DNA from: a virus
Reading direction: 5' to 3' (one strand)
Virus record (IMG/VR): IMGVR_UViG_3300031673_000040
Location: 1 to 61,464 of that record
DNA: 61,464 bases
Positions 23,701-33,485 of the stretch are shown here, one piece after another (the first letter of the stretch is position 1; the number at the start of each line of letters is the position of its first letter). The notes beneath the pieces were generated by a model. The model did not search any database, was not told where the DNA came from, and saw only the letters and a program-made list of their open reading frames with translations. Position numbers and translations under genes: made by a program.

Positions 23701-23871
23701 GGAGAGCGGATAACGCCCGCAGCGTTCAACAAACCGAACCTAGCATCAGAAAAGCAGGTTACGAATCACAACTATTTTTCGCTAAATGAACCCGCGAATC
23801 AGAGAACACAGTCTCAGATTGCGGAGCACGTCGCAAGAGCAACGCAGTCAGCTTCTAGGAGAAACATGTAA
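20734..23871 (+). CDS. Tape measure protein
   Basis: A 1045-aa ORF, helical and Ala/Gly-rich, with a C-terminal Gly-rich hydrophobic region. Canonical position. TTG start at 20734 or ATG at 20743. Confidence 0.9.
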   Translation: MSEMFIKMQLSLTDVASGPLAAFIEKLNSVDGVLTRVNARLAGFSEQMASLGTAATSGTGGVSALEETVLALSTSLMAMEAKLSAGVLGFTNLASSALEASTAVEASSAKIAEAGAVVAGVNKEVTGLSGSLKQMAALWGAFEVKKGLMGSVHQAAVLQQAQMQLRSYNLGSQKEQGVFSGARNMADNTPYMDYNSSLKAYNAALAGTATPSDISNHTLDKIVPLLAMVSNNLMRLGMKGNMEDNVRNLMAVMEVRQQVNDPKAMAETAGLLQKVVTASGMKLNVQDMETVMRQIKYGEAMHLSNEGLYKLMAFVEQLKVAGGGSGGARGVSMAGTAITAIMRWALGGRMNKQAADVLGQIGVLDQGHILHDSSTTSTNVAPGGLINSQLLQESPIDWMHKYGPAFLAYTQKHAEQYYKGKSTTDPIAQEEALQKLGVILTSSQGGQNVGDMLIRSMTPRSYERMSNVANLAKNSLGPEALNAQIQATYVQNVANYDAAFHKLAVTVGNTVLPAFTSLIENLTVLIEKVNTFAENHSFITQLSFWGIAITGVATVAKTAFALFGSGATLLPFILEKLSGAVLLLAGRVTLLAGAFTAGWEFGTWIDNLNIFGATLNKWIDRLLVFLGLMYEAKGDYPTARSKTPWRTSHSSAPGISAPFMPISAGSDTGEKAHPHSADIAKMANYRNELKKEQVLRDPNNSNLRNLELDKEFWQKKIAIGRAGAKELLRMKTTELTLELAIIKEKRKEELQIAMQDAQEKQRLAMGGIQAKGVAANQQYSMGIIDKNQLLTKLKAIEDEKYALTEAGLANEALLQKNNAVKYDAILNKELDAKRAHEAAIQALDNKTALEANKLWMGTRNVMESSFTGLMVSLGKGTKGLARSVDDMLKSIESGMLNLIAKDLSNQLMQSLFGGSNTSPTGGPSSGALGGLVGGIMSLFGGGAAGTATASMMMGTPMAMGGAAGYTSMIPGFAVGTDYVPQDMLAMVHKGERITPAAFNKPNLASEKQVTNHNYFSLNEPANQRTQSQIAEHVARATQSASRRNM

Positions 23872-24536
23872 TGTCGTTTTCAGAAGAAAGATTATGCGAT
23901 GGGTACATCTGCTATAACACAGAAGGTGGGCCTGAGTACTCAACAGACGTTGTCGTCCTGAATTCAGGACGAGAACAACGCAATCGCAACTGGCAGTACG
24001 CGAGAGGCGCGTGGAATTTTGGCGACCGCAAATTACCCGACACAGAACTGTACGAAATAATAAAATTCTTTCGCGCCCGTGGAGGTAAGGCTGAAGGTTT
24101 CCGTATGCAAGACTGGGCTGACTATCAAGTGCTTGCGACAGAGGGCATACTCGCCATCCCAGGCACAAACTTAGGGAATGGTAACGGAACAGCAACTATT
24201 TTCCAAATGCAGAAAGCCTACGCTAATGGCCTGGAAACAGACTACCGCATTATCGCAAAACCCGTAACAGGGAAATGCACGTTCTACAAAAATGGTGTAC
24301 TTCTTGTAACTGGTACTGACGTAACTATCGACTACACGACAGGCCTTGTTACCTTCGCTGTGGCTCCCACAATAGGTGCGATTCTGACCTGGGCAGGGCA
24401 GTTTGACGTTCCAGTGCGCTTCGATACGGATACGCTAAAGTCTAGGTTCGACAGCGCAGAGGTCATAGTCCCAGGTACACTCGGCACGAAATACTTCTAT
24501 CTCAGCCAGCTTCCACTCGTAGAGATCCCAGTGTAA
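23871..24536 (+). CDS. Distal tail protein (DUF2460 / RcGTA-like)
   Basis: A 221-aa ORF with an ATGTAATG junction to the tape measure gene. Order and size match the GTA-type tail module. Confidence 0.7.
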   Translation: MSFSEERLCDGYICYNTEGGPEYSTDVVVLNSGREQRNRNWQYARGAWNFGDRKLPDTELYEIIKFFRARGGKAEGFRMQDWADYQVLATEGILAIPGTNLGNGNGTATIFQMQKAYANGLETDYRIIAKPVTGKCTFYKNGVLLVTGTDVTIDYTTGLVTFAVAPTIGAILTWAGQFDVPVRFDTDTLKSRFDSAEVIVPGTLGTKYFYLSQLPLVEIPV

Positions 24537-25387
24537 TGAAAACCGTCTTCGGGTCTTCAGATAGTGGCGCTGCGTTCAAAGCGCACCTCGCTCAAGAAAC
24601 AACTACCCTTGCAACACTTCTCAAAGTGACGCTAAAAGATGGCTCTGTACGTGCGTTTACAGACGCATCTACAGACATTGTTTTCGGCGGGATAACTTAC
24701 TCCACATCAGATGGTTACAATCCGTCGTCAATAACCTCCTCATCTTCAATGAAGGTTGATAATCTTGAGATAGTCAGCATACTACAAGCTCCAGCTATAT
24801 CAGAAACAGATCTTATAAATGGAATCTGGGACTATGCAAGACTTGAGTTATTGCTCGTAAACTACATGGATCTTACTATGGGCTACGTGTACCTCAAGTC
24901 AGGATATCTCGGACAGGTAGTAACAAAGCGTAACGATTTCACAGCAGAACTTCGTGGCTTAACGCAGGCACTACAGCAGCCATTCGGAAGAATGTTAAAC
25001 TCATCGTGTGATGCTAATTTTTGCGATTCACGCTGCACTCTTAATCCAGTGGCCTATACGCATACAGGTGCGTTAACGTCTGTTACAGATGGTAGGTACT
25101 TCGTGGCAACAAGTCTCACGCAAGCAAACGGATACTTTACGAATGGAATCATAACGATGACGAGTGGCGCAAATATAAACATCGCTATGGAAGTGCGCTC
25201 TTTTGCACTCGGCGGAGCACTTGTGCTGCAAGAGCAACTGCCCTTCTTGCCCGCAGTTGGGGATACTTTCTCTATCATTGCAGGCTGTCTAAAGACGCGT
25301 GACGCTTGCCGCATCTTTGGAAACGTTGTACACTTCCGCGGTTTTCCTGACGTACCAGGCCAAGATCGCATGATTTCGGGGACATGA
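24536..25387 (+). CDS. Tail protein (DUF2163 / BR0599-like, RcGTA-like)
   Basis: Cys cluster SSCDANFCDSRCTL...GCLKTRDACR, typical of BR0599-family phage proteins. Conserved gene order. Confidence 0.7.
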   Translation: MKTVFGSSDSGAAFKAHLAQETTTLATLLKVTLKDGSVRAFTDASTDIVFGGITYSTSDGYNPSSITSSSSMKVDNLEIVSILQAPAISETDLINGIWDYARLELLLVNYMDLTMGYVYLKSGYLGQVVTKRNDFTAELRGLTQALQQPFGRMLNSSCDANFCDSRCTLNPVAYTHTGALTSVTDGRYFVATSLTQANGYFTNGIITMTSGANINIAMEVRSFALGGALVLQEQLPFLPAVGDTFSIIAGCLKTRDACRIFGNVVHFRGFPDVPGQDRMISGT

Positions 25388-25821
25388 TGCTAACTCGCGA
25401 CGATATTGTAGCTGAGGCAAGAACGTGGTTAAAGACTCCGTTTCACCACTGCGGCAGAGTTAAAGGCGCAGGTGTTGACTGTGTTGGTCTTGTTGTGGGC
25501 GTAGCGTCGAATCTAGACTTAAATATCGTTGACATGCTAAAGTATCCAAGAGCACCTATGAACGGTATACTCATGCTACAGATTGAAGTGCAAACAGATG
25601 CAATAACATTCGAGGAAATACTTCCGGCCGATTTACTCGTTTTCCACTTCAATGGTCACGAGCCACAGCACGTCGCTATCGTTACTGAGGTAGCTCCAGT
25701 CCGAATAATACATGCGTATATGACCGCCAAGAAATGTATAGAACATGAGCTAGACCAAGTATGGATCGCTCGCCTTATGTACGCCCGTAGATTTAAGGAG
25801 TTATCTTGTCAAGCCAACTAA
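25384..25821 (+). CDS. NlpC/P60-family cell-wall peptidase (tail-associated)
   Basis: HHCGRVKGAGVDCVGLV contains the catalytic Cys. HVAIV contains the His. Confidence 0.8.
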   Translation: MMLTRDDIVAEARTWLKTPFHHCGRVKGAGVDCVGLVVGVASNLDLNIVDMLKYPRAPMNGILMLQIEVQTDAITFEEILPADLLVFHFNGHEPQHVAIVTEVAPVRIIHAYMTAKKCIEHELDQVWIARLMYARRFKELSCQAN

Positions 25822-28800
25822 TAATCGCAGGTGCGGGAGCAGGTATAGGCTTCCTAGTTACTGGGAGCCCAATGGGCGCGAAAGTAGGCTTTATGGTCGG
25901 GATGGCACTCGGCGCACCCACGCACGACGGCCCGAAACTCTCAGACTTGCGCGTAGGAAACTCTAGCGTAGGCATGGCGATCCCATTGATATACGGAACA
26001 GCTCGCGTTACTGGCAATCTTATCTGGTCTACACCATTCAACCAAACGCAGTCGGGATCCAGCGGTAAGGGCGGAGGTCAAGTAAACTACAACTACACCG
26101 TAAACTGTGCAGTCGCAGTTAGAGACGGCCCTATCATAGGCGTGCGGCGTATCTGGATCAACGGAAAACTCTGGTATTCAGTACCTAACATAGCATCACA
26201 GAATAACCTTAACGTTCCAATAGGCGGTATCTGGGTTGGCTACGACGGCACAACCTGGACGCCGCCGTCATCTCCGCCAGGCAGCTATACGCCTTATGGA
26301 ATATCCTTCACAGTGACACCGCAGATAACAGCAACAATCGACGGCGTTGCAACGGACATGCTTGTGCAGATAACAAACGTTTCAACCAAAACATTCTTCG
26401 TCCAAGTCTTCCATGTATTTAATGGCGTAAAGACGGATGTTGGTGCGCTCATAAATTGGGAAGCACTCGCACCGGGCGGTATTTCGAACGCGGAGATTCA
26501 AGCAAGCAACGCAGCGCAAGCAACGAATACCGCAGGAACATGGATGACGTTTCACTTGGGTTCAGAAACGCAAACACCTGACACTCTGATACAAGCGTAC
26601 GAAGGCGACTTAGGCACTGCTGCAAACTTTGCATCTGCCGGTGCGCATACAACAGGGGCAACATCTATTCCAGTGGGCGGAGTTATCGTAAACACCGTGC
26701 ATAAATCTGGGCACTCCATAAAGTACTATCATCACACTGTAAATCCAACAGGTGCGCTTATCGCGAACGACCAGATCAAATTCGCAGGAGACACACATAC
26801 ATACACGATTTTAACAGGGACGAATGGGCCTGGTACGATAACCCTAACAAGCGGCCTTCTTTCTAACATAGCTGCCGGCGCAGAAGTAACTGTGGTAGGT
26901 AATTCGGGTACGAGCAACATGACGCCCGGCTATCAGGGAACGTCATACGTCGTCTTTCAAGACTTCGGTTTGGACATAAGCGGAAACAACCTACCTAATT
27001 TTGAGTTCGAGGTCGTACAAGGCACAACTGCGTTAAGCGACATTGTGTCAGACATCTGCACAAGATCTGGCCTCACATCAGGGCAGTTAGACGTTTCGCA
27101 ACTGGCAGCGGACACCGTAAGCGGATACACAATCGCAGACAGAATGTCAGCGCGTGACGCATTAACGCCTCTCGCACACGCTTATTTCTTTGATGCGGTT
27201 GAAACAGACAATGTAATACGCTTCGTAAAAAGGTCAAACGCAACCGTAGCCGCGACGATTCCGGAAGCAGATTTAGCTGCACACGACTACGGAGCAACGG
27301 TGCCAGAACAACTTAGCGTTACGCGAACGCAAGAACTAGAACTACCCCTTGAGATAACAGTTAAGTTTCCGAATACGAATGCTAACTATCTTATGGGTAG
27401 CCAGTATGCGAGAAAAGTTACGTCGCAGTCTCAGTTAAGGCAGAATGTCTCAATACCTATTGCAATGACTGATAGCCAAGCCCTTCTTATAGCGCAGACG
27501 ATGGTACACGCTGCGTGGGTAAATCGTGATGCCATAGACTTCCAGGTTGGTATGAAGTACGCGTTACTGGATCCAACAGATCTCGTAATCGTGGAGAAAG
27601 GAGCAAACGCGTACGAAGTTCGTCTACACGACAAGGAACACGCAAAACCCGGCATCATAAAGCTCAAAGGCGTTCGCGACGATGTTGACCTTTACGGAAA
27701 CGCAGCCAACCCACTCATAGATACTGTTATAGCTCCGTTGCAGGCGCAAGTGGACCCAGGCTACATTGACGCGCCCATGATTTTCGATGCTCCAGCCCCA
27801 GCAACAGCAAGCGGCTACGAACTCTGGATTGCTGCTTGCAGTGCGAATCCAAATTGGGGCGGTTGTGATGTTTTCTTCTCAACAGACGACCTTAACTATA
27901 CGTGGATAGGTAGGTCTTTTGGTTCAGCAATTGGATCGCTGACAGCTCCACTCGCGTCAGCAGCAGACCCAGACTTAACCAACACACTTAGTGTAGATCT
28001 ACTCGACCCAGCAGCTACCCTGAGCCCCTGTTCAGCAGCAGACCTCATTGCCCTATCAAATCTTGCTTACGTAGACAGCGAACTTGTCGCTTACGAAAAC
28101 GCTGTGTTGACAGGTCTGCAGAATTACAACCTCACAACTTTGCGTCGTGGCGCTTATGGCAGTCTTCCGAGCGCGCATTTAACTGGCGGAGTTTTCGTCG
28201 CCATAGATAAGAACGTAATAAAGTTTCCGTACTTACAGAAGCTTATTGGCACAACTGTTTACTTCCGCTTCCCAAGTTTTAATATAAAAGGTGGCGGAAG
28301 TCAAGATCTCACGCAAGTTAACCCGTACACGCACATCGTCGGCACAGTGATTGGCTTCCCGCCGAATGTAACAAATTTCTCTGCACAGCAGAATGGCGGT
28401 GTTGTCGTGTTCAAGTGGACGGACGTGCAAGATCTGTCGCCTCTCGTCTATGACATTGGCTATGCACCTCAAGGCACAAGTGACTGGTCTCGCTTTGAAA
28501 TTCTTACAGAAGCAGCAAAAGGCACTGAGATGACCAACGCTGCTGTACCGCCGGGTACGTGGGTATTTGGAATCAGAGCGCACGACATAGCTAACAATCT
28601 ATCGCCCGTAATCGCAACTTTTAATCTCGTTGTTAAAGATTTAAATTTGTCGATAATACACGACGTAGAAGAAGTTGGTTGGAACGGCACTCTTGTTGGC
28701 TTGAAAGAACACTACACGGGCTTACTGATCCCCGACAGCCAGAGCACTGGCAGCTTCTACACTGGAGGCACTTACACTGGATGGGAGTGGATTGACCAAT

Positions 28801-29345
28801 GGGTTGTTGATCCCGTCACATATATAGAATACGATACGCCAGTCTTAGATGCAGGGTACGACGAGCAATTGCGTGTCTGGAAAACGCTAGGTCTCGTATT
28901 GGGCGTGGGGCAAACAGGCACGCCGGAAATGCAAGCCTTTATAGACACATGGCTAACAGGTGCAGCAGATCCCGCAGTTTACACGCCTTGGGTGATTGGC
29001 ACTCTTTACATGCGCTATATAAAAGGACGCATTTCTGCCAGCATCACGCAAGGGAACTTGTTTATGCTAACGGATTACACCTTGAACGTAGATATGTCGC
29101 CTGTTACAGAGGTTCCGCCTACAAATATAACAGTGCCTGGCCCCAATACAGTGCTTACGCTGTTCCCAGCACCTTTCCACTACGCGCCTTTCGTCGTACC
29201 CGTTGTGGTATCTGGCGGAACAAGCGCAACAGCATCAGATTTTCATCAAAATGGTTCAGGCCTGTGGGATGGCTGCATCTTCCACGTCTGGAATGGTTCT
29301 ACCGAATCAGGCGGCGTCCTGACTTATACCGCAACTGGCGAATAG
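25806..29345 (+). CDS. Host specificity / central tail protein (lambda J / RcGTA g15-like)
   Basis: A 1179-aa ORF after the NlpC/P60 gene. SD aaggag precedes a TTG start. Confidence 0.8.
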   Translation: MSSQLIIAGAGAGIGFLVTGSPMGAKVGFMVGMALGAPTHDGPKLSDLRVGNSSVGMAIPLIYGTARVTGNLIWSTPFNQTQSGSSGKGGGQVNYNYTVNCAVAVRDGPIIGVRRIWINGKLWYSVPNIASQNNLNVPIGGIWVGYDGTTWTPPSSPPGSYTPYGISFTVTPQITATIDGVATDMLVQITNVSTKTFFVQVFHVFNGVKTDVGALINWEALAPGGISNAEIQASNAAQATNTAGTWMTFHLGSETQTPDTLIQAYEGDLGTAANFASAGAHTTGATSIPVGGVIVNTVHKSGHSIKYYHHTVNPTGALIANDQIKFAGDTHTYTILTGTNGPGTITLTSGLLSNIAAGAEVTVVGNSGTSNMTPGYQGTSYVVFQDFGLDISGNNLPNFEFEVVQGTTALSDIVSDICTRSGLTSGQLDVSQLAADTVSGYTIADRMSARDALTPLAHAYFFDAVETDNVIRFVKRSNATVAATIPEADLAAHDYGATVPEQLSVTRTQELELPLEITVKFPNTNANYLMGSQYARKVTSQSQLRQNVSIPIAMTDSQALLIAQTMVHAAWVNRDAIDFQVGMKYALLDPTDLVIVEKGANAYEVRLHDKEHAKPGIIKLKGVRDDVDLYGNAANPLIDTVIAPLQAQVDPGYIDAPMIFDAPAPATASGYELWIAACSANPNWGGCDVFFSTDDLNYTWIGRSFGSAIGSLTAPLASAADPDLTNTLSVDLLDPAATLSPCSAADLIALSNLAYVDSELVAYENAVLTGLQNYNLTTLRRGAYGSLPSAHLTGGVFVAIDKNVIKFPYLQKLIGTTVYFRFPSFNIKGGGSQDLTQVNPYTHIVGTVIGFPPNVTNFSAQQNGGVVVFKWTDVQDLSPLVYDIGYAPQGTSDWSRFEILTEAAKGTEMTNAAVPPGTWVFGIRAHDIANNLSPVIATFNLVVKDLNLSIIHDVEEVGWNGTLVGLKEHYTGLLIPDSQSTGSFYTGGTYTGWEWIDQWVVDPVTYIEYDTPVLDAGYDEQLRVWKTLGLVLGVGQTGTPEMQAFIDTWLTGAADPAVYTPWVIGTLYMRYIKGRISASITQGNLFMLTDYTLNVDMSPVTEVPPTNITVPGPNTVLTLFPAPFHYAPFVVPVVVSGGTSATASDFHQNGSGLWDGCIFHVWNGSTESGGVLTYTATGE

Positions 29346-29354
29346 GAGAATAAC

Positions 29355-30551
29355 ATGAGTGTAGCATCGTGGTTACAAACAGTCTGGGCAACAATGACTT
29401 CAACAGCGTACAAGAATGTGATTGATGCAAACTTCGCAGTTGCGCAGCGCATGGTAGATAACTTCGCACCGCGAGAGCAAGCAGCACCAAACATGACAAT
29501 CCTGCTGGATGCCGGACATACTTATGACGGAACCACGCTGACAGAGGTTGTTGCACAAAGCACCGCAACCATTGCTACCCCAGCAACAGGCTACATGCGC
29601 ATAGATCGTATTGTGATAGATAGCGCTGGGGTGAATTCTGTGATAACAGGAACTCCTGTAACATCTGCCCCTGTTGCTCCAGCAATAACTTCAGGAGCCT
29701 TCCCTGTGTGTCAAGTCTTATTGGATGCGACCAGCGCACCAGTCACCGCAATTGTCAATTCAATGATAACAGATGAACGGGCGTTGGCGGTTGGGTATGC
29801 TGTGAATGCCGCGAATGCACACTATGCAATCGCAGGCAAGAACGTAGGTATCGCAGCTGATACAAATCTTGAGACTTGGGCTGATAGTCTACCAAGATGC
29901 GGGATGTATGATATTTACTTGTCAGTGGCGCAGGGAAACTTACCTACCAGTTGGTGGCATATTGAGTTGCAGCGTCATTCAGGTGACGCTGCTGGAAACT
30001 TATACCATATCATCACTGCAAAAATCCTGGGTGCAGGATCAGGACTAATGTATACGAATACTTGTTATGGTGGAACTTGGTCAGGCTGGATACAGGTTGT
30101 CACTTCGATTGGCGGATTGATTTCAGCGAATGGTGGCCAGATACAATTCCCCGCAACGCAGAATCCAAGTGCAAATGCAAATACGCTGGATGATTATGAA
30201 GAAGGAACGTGGACTCCCAATGTTGGGGGCACAGCAACTTATGGTTTCCAATCTGGTGAGTATATTAAAATAGGTAGATTTGTCTCGCTCCACTGCGATA
30301 TGACAATCAATGCTATTGGTTCAGGCTCTCAGTATATTATTTCTGGTTCTCCCTTTGCGGGAGGTGGTGGTGCTGGAGCCGTTTCATTCACTTCGGCTTT
30401 AGTAACCAGTATAGTGTCTATTTCTGCTGATTATGCTAATGCAATATATCTATTTAGTAGAACTGCGGCATCAACAAGTAATTCGTATGTAAATGTTCTC
30501 GGTAATTCATCAAGAGTAATATGCAATATGTGCTTTTTGGCTACCAATTAA
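29355..30551 (+). CDS. Tail fibre protein
   Basis: A 398-aa ORF after the J-like gene, with SD taggaga. The C-terminal half is Gly/Ser/Thr-rich. Confidence 0.6.
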   Translation: MSVASWLQTVWATMTSTAYKNVIDANFAVAQRMVDNFAPREQAAPNMTILLDAGHTYDGTTLTEVVAQSTATIATPATGYMRIDRIVIDSAGVNSVITGTPVTSAPVAPAITSGAFPVCQVLLDATSAPVTAIVNSMITDERALAVGYAVNAANAHYAIAGKNVGIAADTNLETWADSLPRCGMYDIYLSVAQGNLPTSWWHIELQRHSGDAAGNLYHIITAKILGAGSGLMYTNTCYGGTWSGWIQVVTSIGGLISANGGQIQFPATQNPSANANTLDDYEEGTWTPNVGGTATYGFQSGEYIKIGRFVSLHCDMTINAIGSGSQYIISGSPFAGGGGAGAVSFTSALVTSIVSISADYANAIYLFSRTAASTSNSYVNVLGNSSRVICNMCFLATN

Positions 30552-30568
30552 ATACAAGGAGAAACACT

Positions 30569-30817
30569 ATGATTACCAAGCAAACAGTATTAGACCAAAT
30601 TGAATTAACTCGCACTGGACATACGCAAGTTCGTATAGCCCTTGAACTTGTCGAGGACGGGAAAGTCATCAGCAGCAAGTGGCATCGCACAGCCATAGCG
30701 CAGGATGGGGATGTAGATGCACAGATGGCAGCAGTCAACAACCATCTTGCACAAATGGGCGAACAGCCTGTCAGTGCAGAAGATATTGCAAAGATAAAAT
30801 CACACCATCAGATTTAA
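30569..30817 (+). CDS. Hypothetical protein (82 aa; start MITKQTVLD)
   Basis: SD aaggaga lies 6 nt upstream of the ATG at 30569. Confidence 0.5.
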   Translation: MITKQTVLDQIELTRTGHTQVRIALELVEDGKVISSKWHRTAIAQDGDVDAQMAAVNNHLAQMGEQPVSAEDIAKIKSHHQI

Positions 30818-30940
30818 TCAGGAGGGCAAATGAACCCAGAGCGCAGAAATACAACACTCACTGAGCAAGACATTGAAAAGCTCCGTTATTGCGCGTTGCT
30901 TACGGTTTGAGCCATGACACTGACATACCTACCACGCAAT

Positions 30941-30957
30941 CTAAACGCCGTAAACGC
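30941..30957 (+). promoter_or_regulatory. Conserved intergenic box, copy 3 (CTAAACGCCGTAAACGC)
   Basis: Identical 17-mer to 16374-16390, with about 50 nt of extended similarity. Confidence 0.65.
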
Positions 30958-31017
30958 CCGCATAGCGTGCCTAAAAGTGGGTATTTTAGTGGTTTGGTGC
31001 GTTAGCGCACACCCAGC

Positions 31018-31046
31018 TTGCTAATGTTAACAATCTACATTAAAAT
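31018..31046 (+). promoter_or_regulatory. Sigma70-like promoter TTGCTA-17-TAAAAT for the replication module
   Basis: Read directly: ttgcta atgttaacaatctacat taaaat, 30 nt upstream of the helicase ATG. Confidence 0.5.
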
Positions 31047-31076
31047 GCTGGCATACAGTCATAACAGGGTTACATA

Positions 31077-32588
31077 ATGCTAGACACCTACAAGTTCAAG
31101 TCTGAACCATTTGTACATCAGCGCGAAGCTCTCGAAATATCAAGCGAACGTGAGTATTATGGTTTACTTATGGAGCAAGGAACGGGGAAGTCAAAGCCCA
31201 TCATTGATAATGCGGCCATGCTGTATTATGCTGGAAAGATAGACTGCCTCATTGTTGTAGCCCCTAACGGAGTTCACAGGAAATGGATACGTGAAGATCT
31301 TCCGCTAAGTCTTCCTGATGATATAACATTTAAATACGCAACGTGGCAGTCAGCATCTACGAAGGCTGTCAAGCAGGTCGAAACACTATTTGAGCCAGGT
31401 CCTTATCTCCGTATCATAGCAATAAACGTCGAAGCATTCAGCGGCGACGCTTCAAAGAAGTCTAAAAGAGTGCCAAAGGGCGTCGCAATTCTCCGCAGGC
31501 TTTTATCTACTTTTGATTGCTTCTTGGCGATTGACGAATCAAGCTACATCAAGTCACACGACTCATCCAGAACAAAGAACATTATTGCCTTGGGTGACGA
31601 TGCAAAGTACAGGCGCATTGCATCGGGCACAGCTTCTCCAGAGTCCCCAATGAACCTGTTTAGCCAGTTCCAGTTTCTTGACGACAGCATTCTTGGGAAG
31701 TCATTCTTTTCGTTCAAGAACCAATACGCTGTTGTACTGCCGCCCTCATCGCCACTTGTTCAAAGCATCGTTAAAAAGCACAGTCTTCGCTTTGCACCAC
31801 AGCTTATCGCTGAGGACCCAATTACAGGACAACCGCAGTATAGGAACTTGGATTTATTGAAGAATCTTATAGCTCCCCATTCGTATAGAAAGCTCAAGTC
31901 AGAGTGCTTCGACCTTCCAGAGAAGCTATACAAAACCCGATACTTCGAGATGGAAAAAGAGCAAGCAAAGATGTACCATGCTCTTAAGACGCGTCAAAAG
32001 GCGGAATTTCTCGGCAACACGACAACTGTCATCCAAAAGATAACCCTGCTTATGCGTCTGTCCCAACTTGTCCGCGGTTACATGCTAGACCACGAAGAGC
32101 GTCTGATACGTTTATTCGAGCCGCACAAGAATCCCGCTATCATCGAAATGCTGGAGGCATTTCAGGACAGGACTGAAAGAACAGTTATCTGGTGTCGATT
32201 TAAGCACGAAGTAATTGACGTTCTCACAGTGCTTGGCGACCGCGCAGTTCCTTATTACGGCGAAACGCCTAATGATGAACGTGAAAGAAACCTAAAACGT
32301 TTTAAAGATGGCGACGTGCAGTTCTTCGTAGGCACTGTGGACGCTGGCGGTATCGGAATCAACATGGCAGAGTGTAACAACGTATTTTTCTTCTCAAACC
32401 AGTTCTCAAGTGGTAAACGCTTGCAAGCAGAAGATCGTTGCCACAGATTTGGATCTGAAGGCTCGCATGTTCTGTACGAAGACTTAGTCTGCCCGGACTC
32501 GATTGACGAGTATATACTAGCTGCCTTGCAGCGCAAGAAGGAAATGTCCGAGTATCTTATGGATTTCGAGGTCGTGTATGGAAACTAA
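31077..32588 (+). CDS. SNF2/DEAD-like helicase
   Basis: Motif I MEQGTGKSK and motif II AIDESSYIK. C-terminal helicase domain with VDAGGIGINM and QAEDRCHR. Confidence 0.85.
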   Translation: MLDTYKFKSEPFVHQREALEISSEREYYGLLMEQGTGKSKPIIDNAAMLYYAGKIDCLIVVAPNGVHRKWIREDLPLSLPDDITFKYATWQSASTKAVKQVETLFEPGPYLRIIAINVEAFSGDASKKSKRVPKGVAILRRLLSTFDCFLAIDESSYIKSHDSSRTKNIIALGDDAKYRRIASGTASPESPMNLFSQFQFLDDSILGKSFFSFKNQYAVVLPPSSPLVQSIVKKHSLRFAPQLIAEDPITGQPQYRNLDLLKNLIAPHSYRKLKSECFDLPEKLYKTRYFEMEKEQAKMYHALKTRQKAEFLGNTTTVIQKITLLMRLSQLVRGYMLDHEERLIRLFEPHKNPAIIEMLEAFQDRTERTVIWCRFKHEVIDVLTVLGDRAVPYYGETPNDERERNLKRFKDGDVQFFVGTVDAGGIGINMAECNNVFFFSNQFSSGKRLQAEDRCHRFGSEGSHVLYEDLVCPDSIDEYILAALQRKKEMSEYLMDFEVVYGN

Positions 32589-32931
32589 AAGTAGAGTCTT
32601 TATTGTGTGCGAACCTACGCGGATCGAAAATGGTCAGCAGATAAAGTCTGTAGATTTGTCACCCGCGGCTAAATGGGGCGAGATAATTATCGTCTTGCAA
32701 ACCAGTCAAGCGATGGTTGCACCTTCTGCAATGATAAAGACAATCAACGACGTGCTACACGACTTTAGCGATGACGACTACATTGTGCCGGTTGGAGATC
32801 CAATCCTGATGTGCGTTGTGGCGAGTATAGCAGCAAGAAATAATAACGGTCGCGTGAGATACCTTAAGTGGGATAGACGCAACCGTGATTATATGGTCAT
32901 TAAGACCGACATTAACAGCATCACATACTAA
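32578..32931 (+). CDS. Hypothetical protein (117 aa)
   Basis: ORF overlapping the helicase stop. Confidence 0.5.
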   Translation: METKSRVFIVCEPTRIENGQQIKSVDLSPAAKWGEIIIVLQTSQAMVAPSAMIKTINDVLHDFSDDDYIVPVGDPILMCVVASIAARNNNGRVRYLKWDRRNRDYMVIKTDINSITY

Positions 32932-32941
32932 GGAGTAAAAG

Positions 32942-33457
32942 ATGGACATAAATAACGAGCAGTTGAAGTTAATCTCTGACTTGGCACACCGCCAGGTGCG
33001 CGAGGAGCGAGAAGTAGCAGACCTGACAGCTTCTCTAAAGCTCGCAACAGAGAAGTTGCGCTATGTGCAGGAAGTACTCCTGCCCAATGCAATGCAGGAA
33101 GCAGGCTTCTCCGAGTTCACGTTGGACTCTGGCGAAGGTATCGAAATTAAGCGCGACATTCACGCAAGCATTTCGGAAGAACGTTTCCCGATTGCAAAAG
33201 CATGGCTTCAAGAAAACGGCTACGACGGTATCATTAAGCACGTTGTGTCGCTGTCTTTCGGCAAGGGTGAAAATGACGCTGCGGAAAAAGCGGTTACCGC
33301 ACTCGTCGCAGAGGGTTTCACGCCTTCTGATAAAGAGTCTATCCATCACAGCACCTTGAAGGCAACAATGAAAGAGCTTCTCGGTAACGGCGTGGATGTA
33401 CCCATGGAAGTCTTCGGAATCCATGAAGTTGTAAAAGCGAAAGTCTCTGTTAAATAA
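32942..33457 (+). CDS. Hypothetical protein with an N-terminal coiled coil (171 aa)
   Basis: SD aaggag upstream. Confidence 0.5.
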   Translation: MDINNEQLKLISDLAHRQVREEREVADLTASLKLATEKLRYVQEVLLPNAMQEAGFSEFTLDSGEGIEIKRDIHASISEERFPIAKAWLQENGYDGIIKHVVSLSFGKGENDAAEKAVTALVAEGFTPSDKESIHHSTLKATMKELLGNGVDVPMEVFGIHEVVKAKVSVK

Positions 33458-33485
33458 CGTTGTTCTTTTTCGAGGTAATATAATC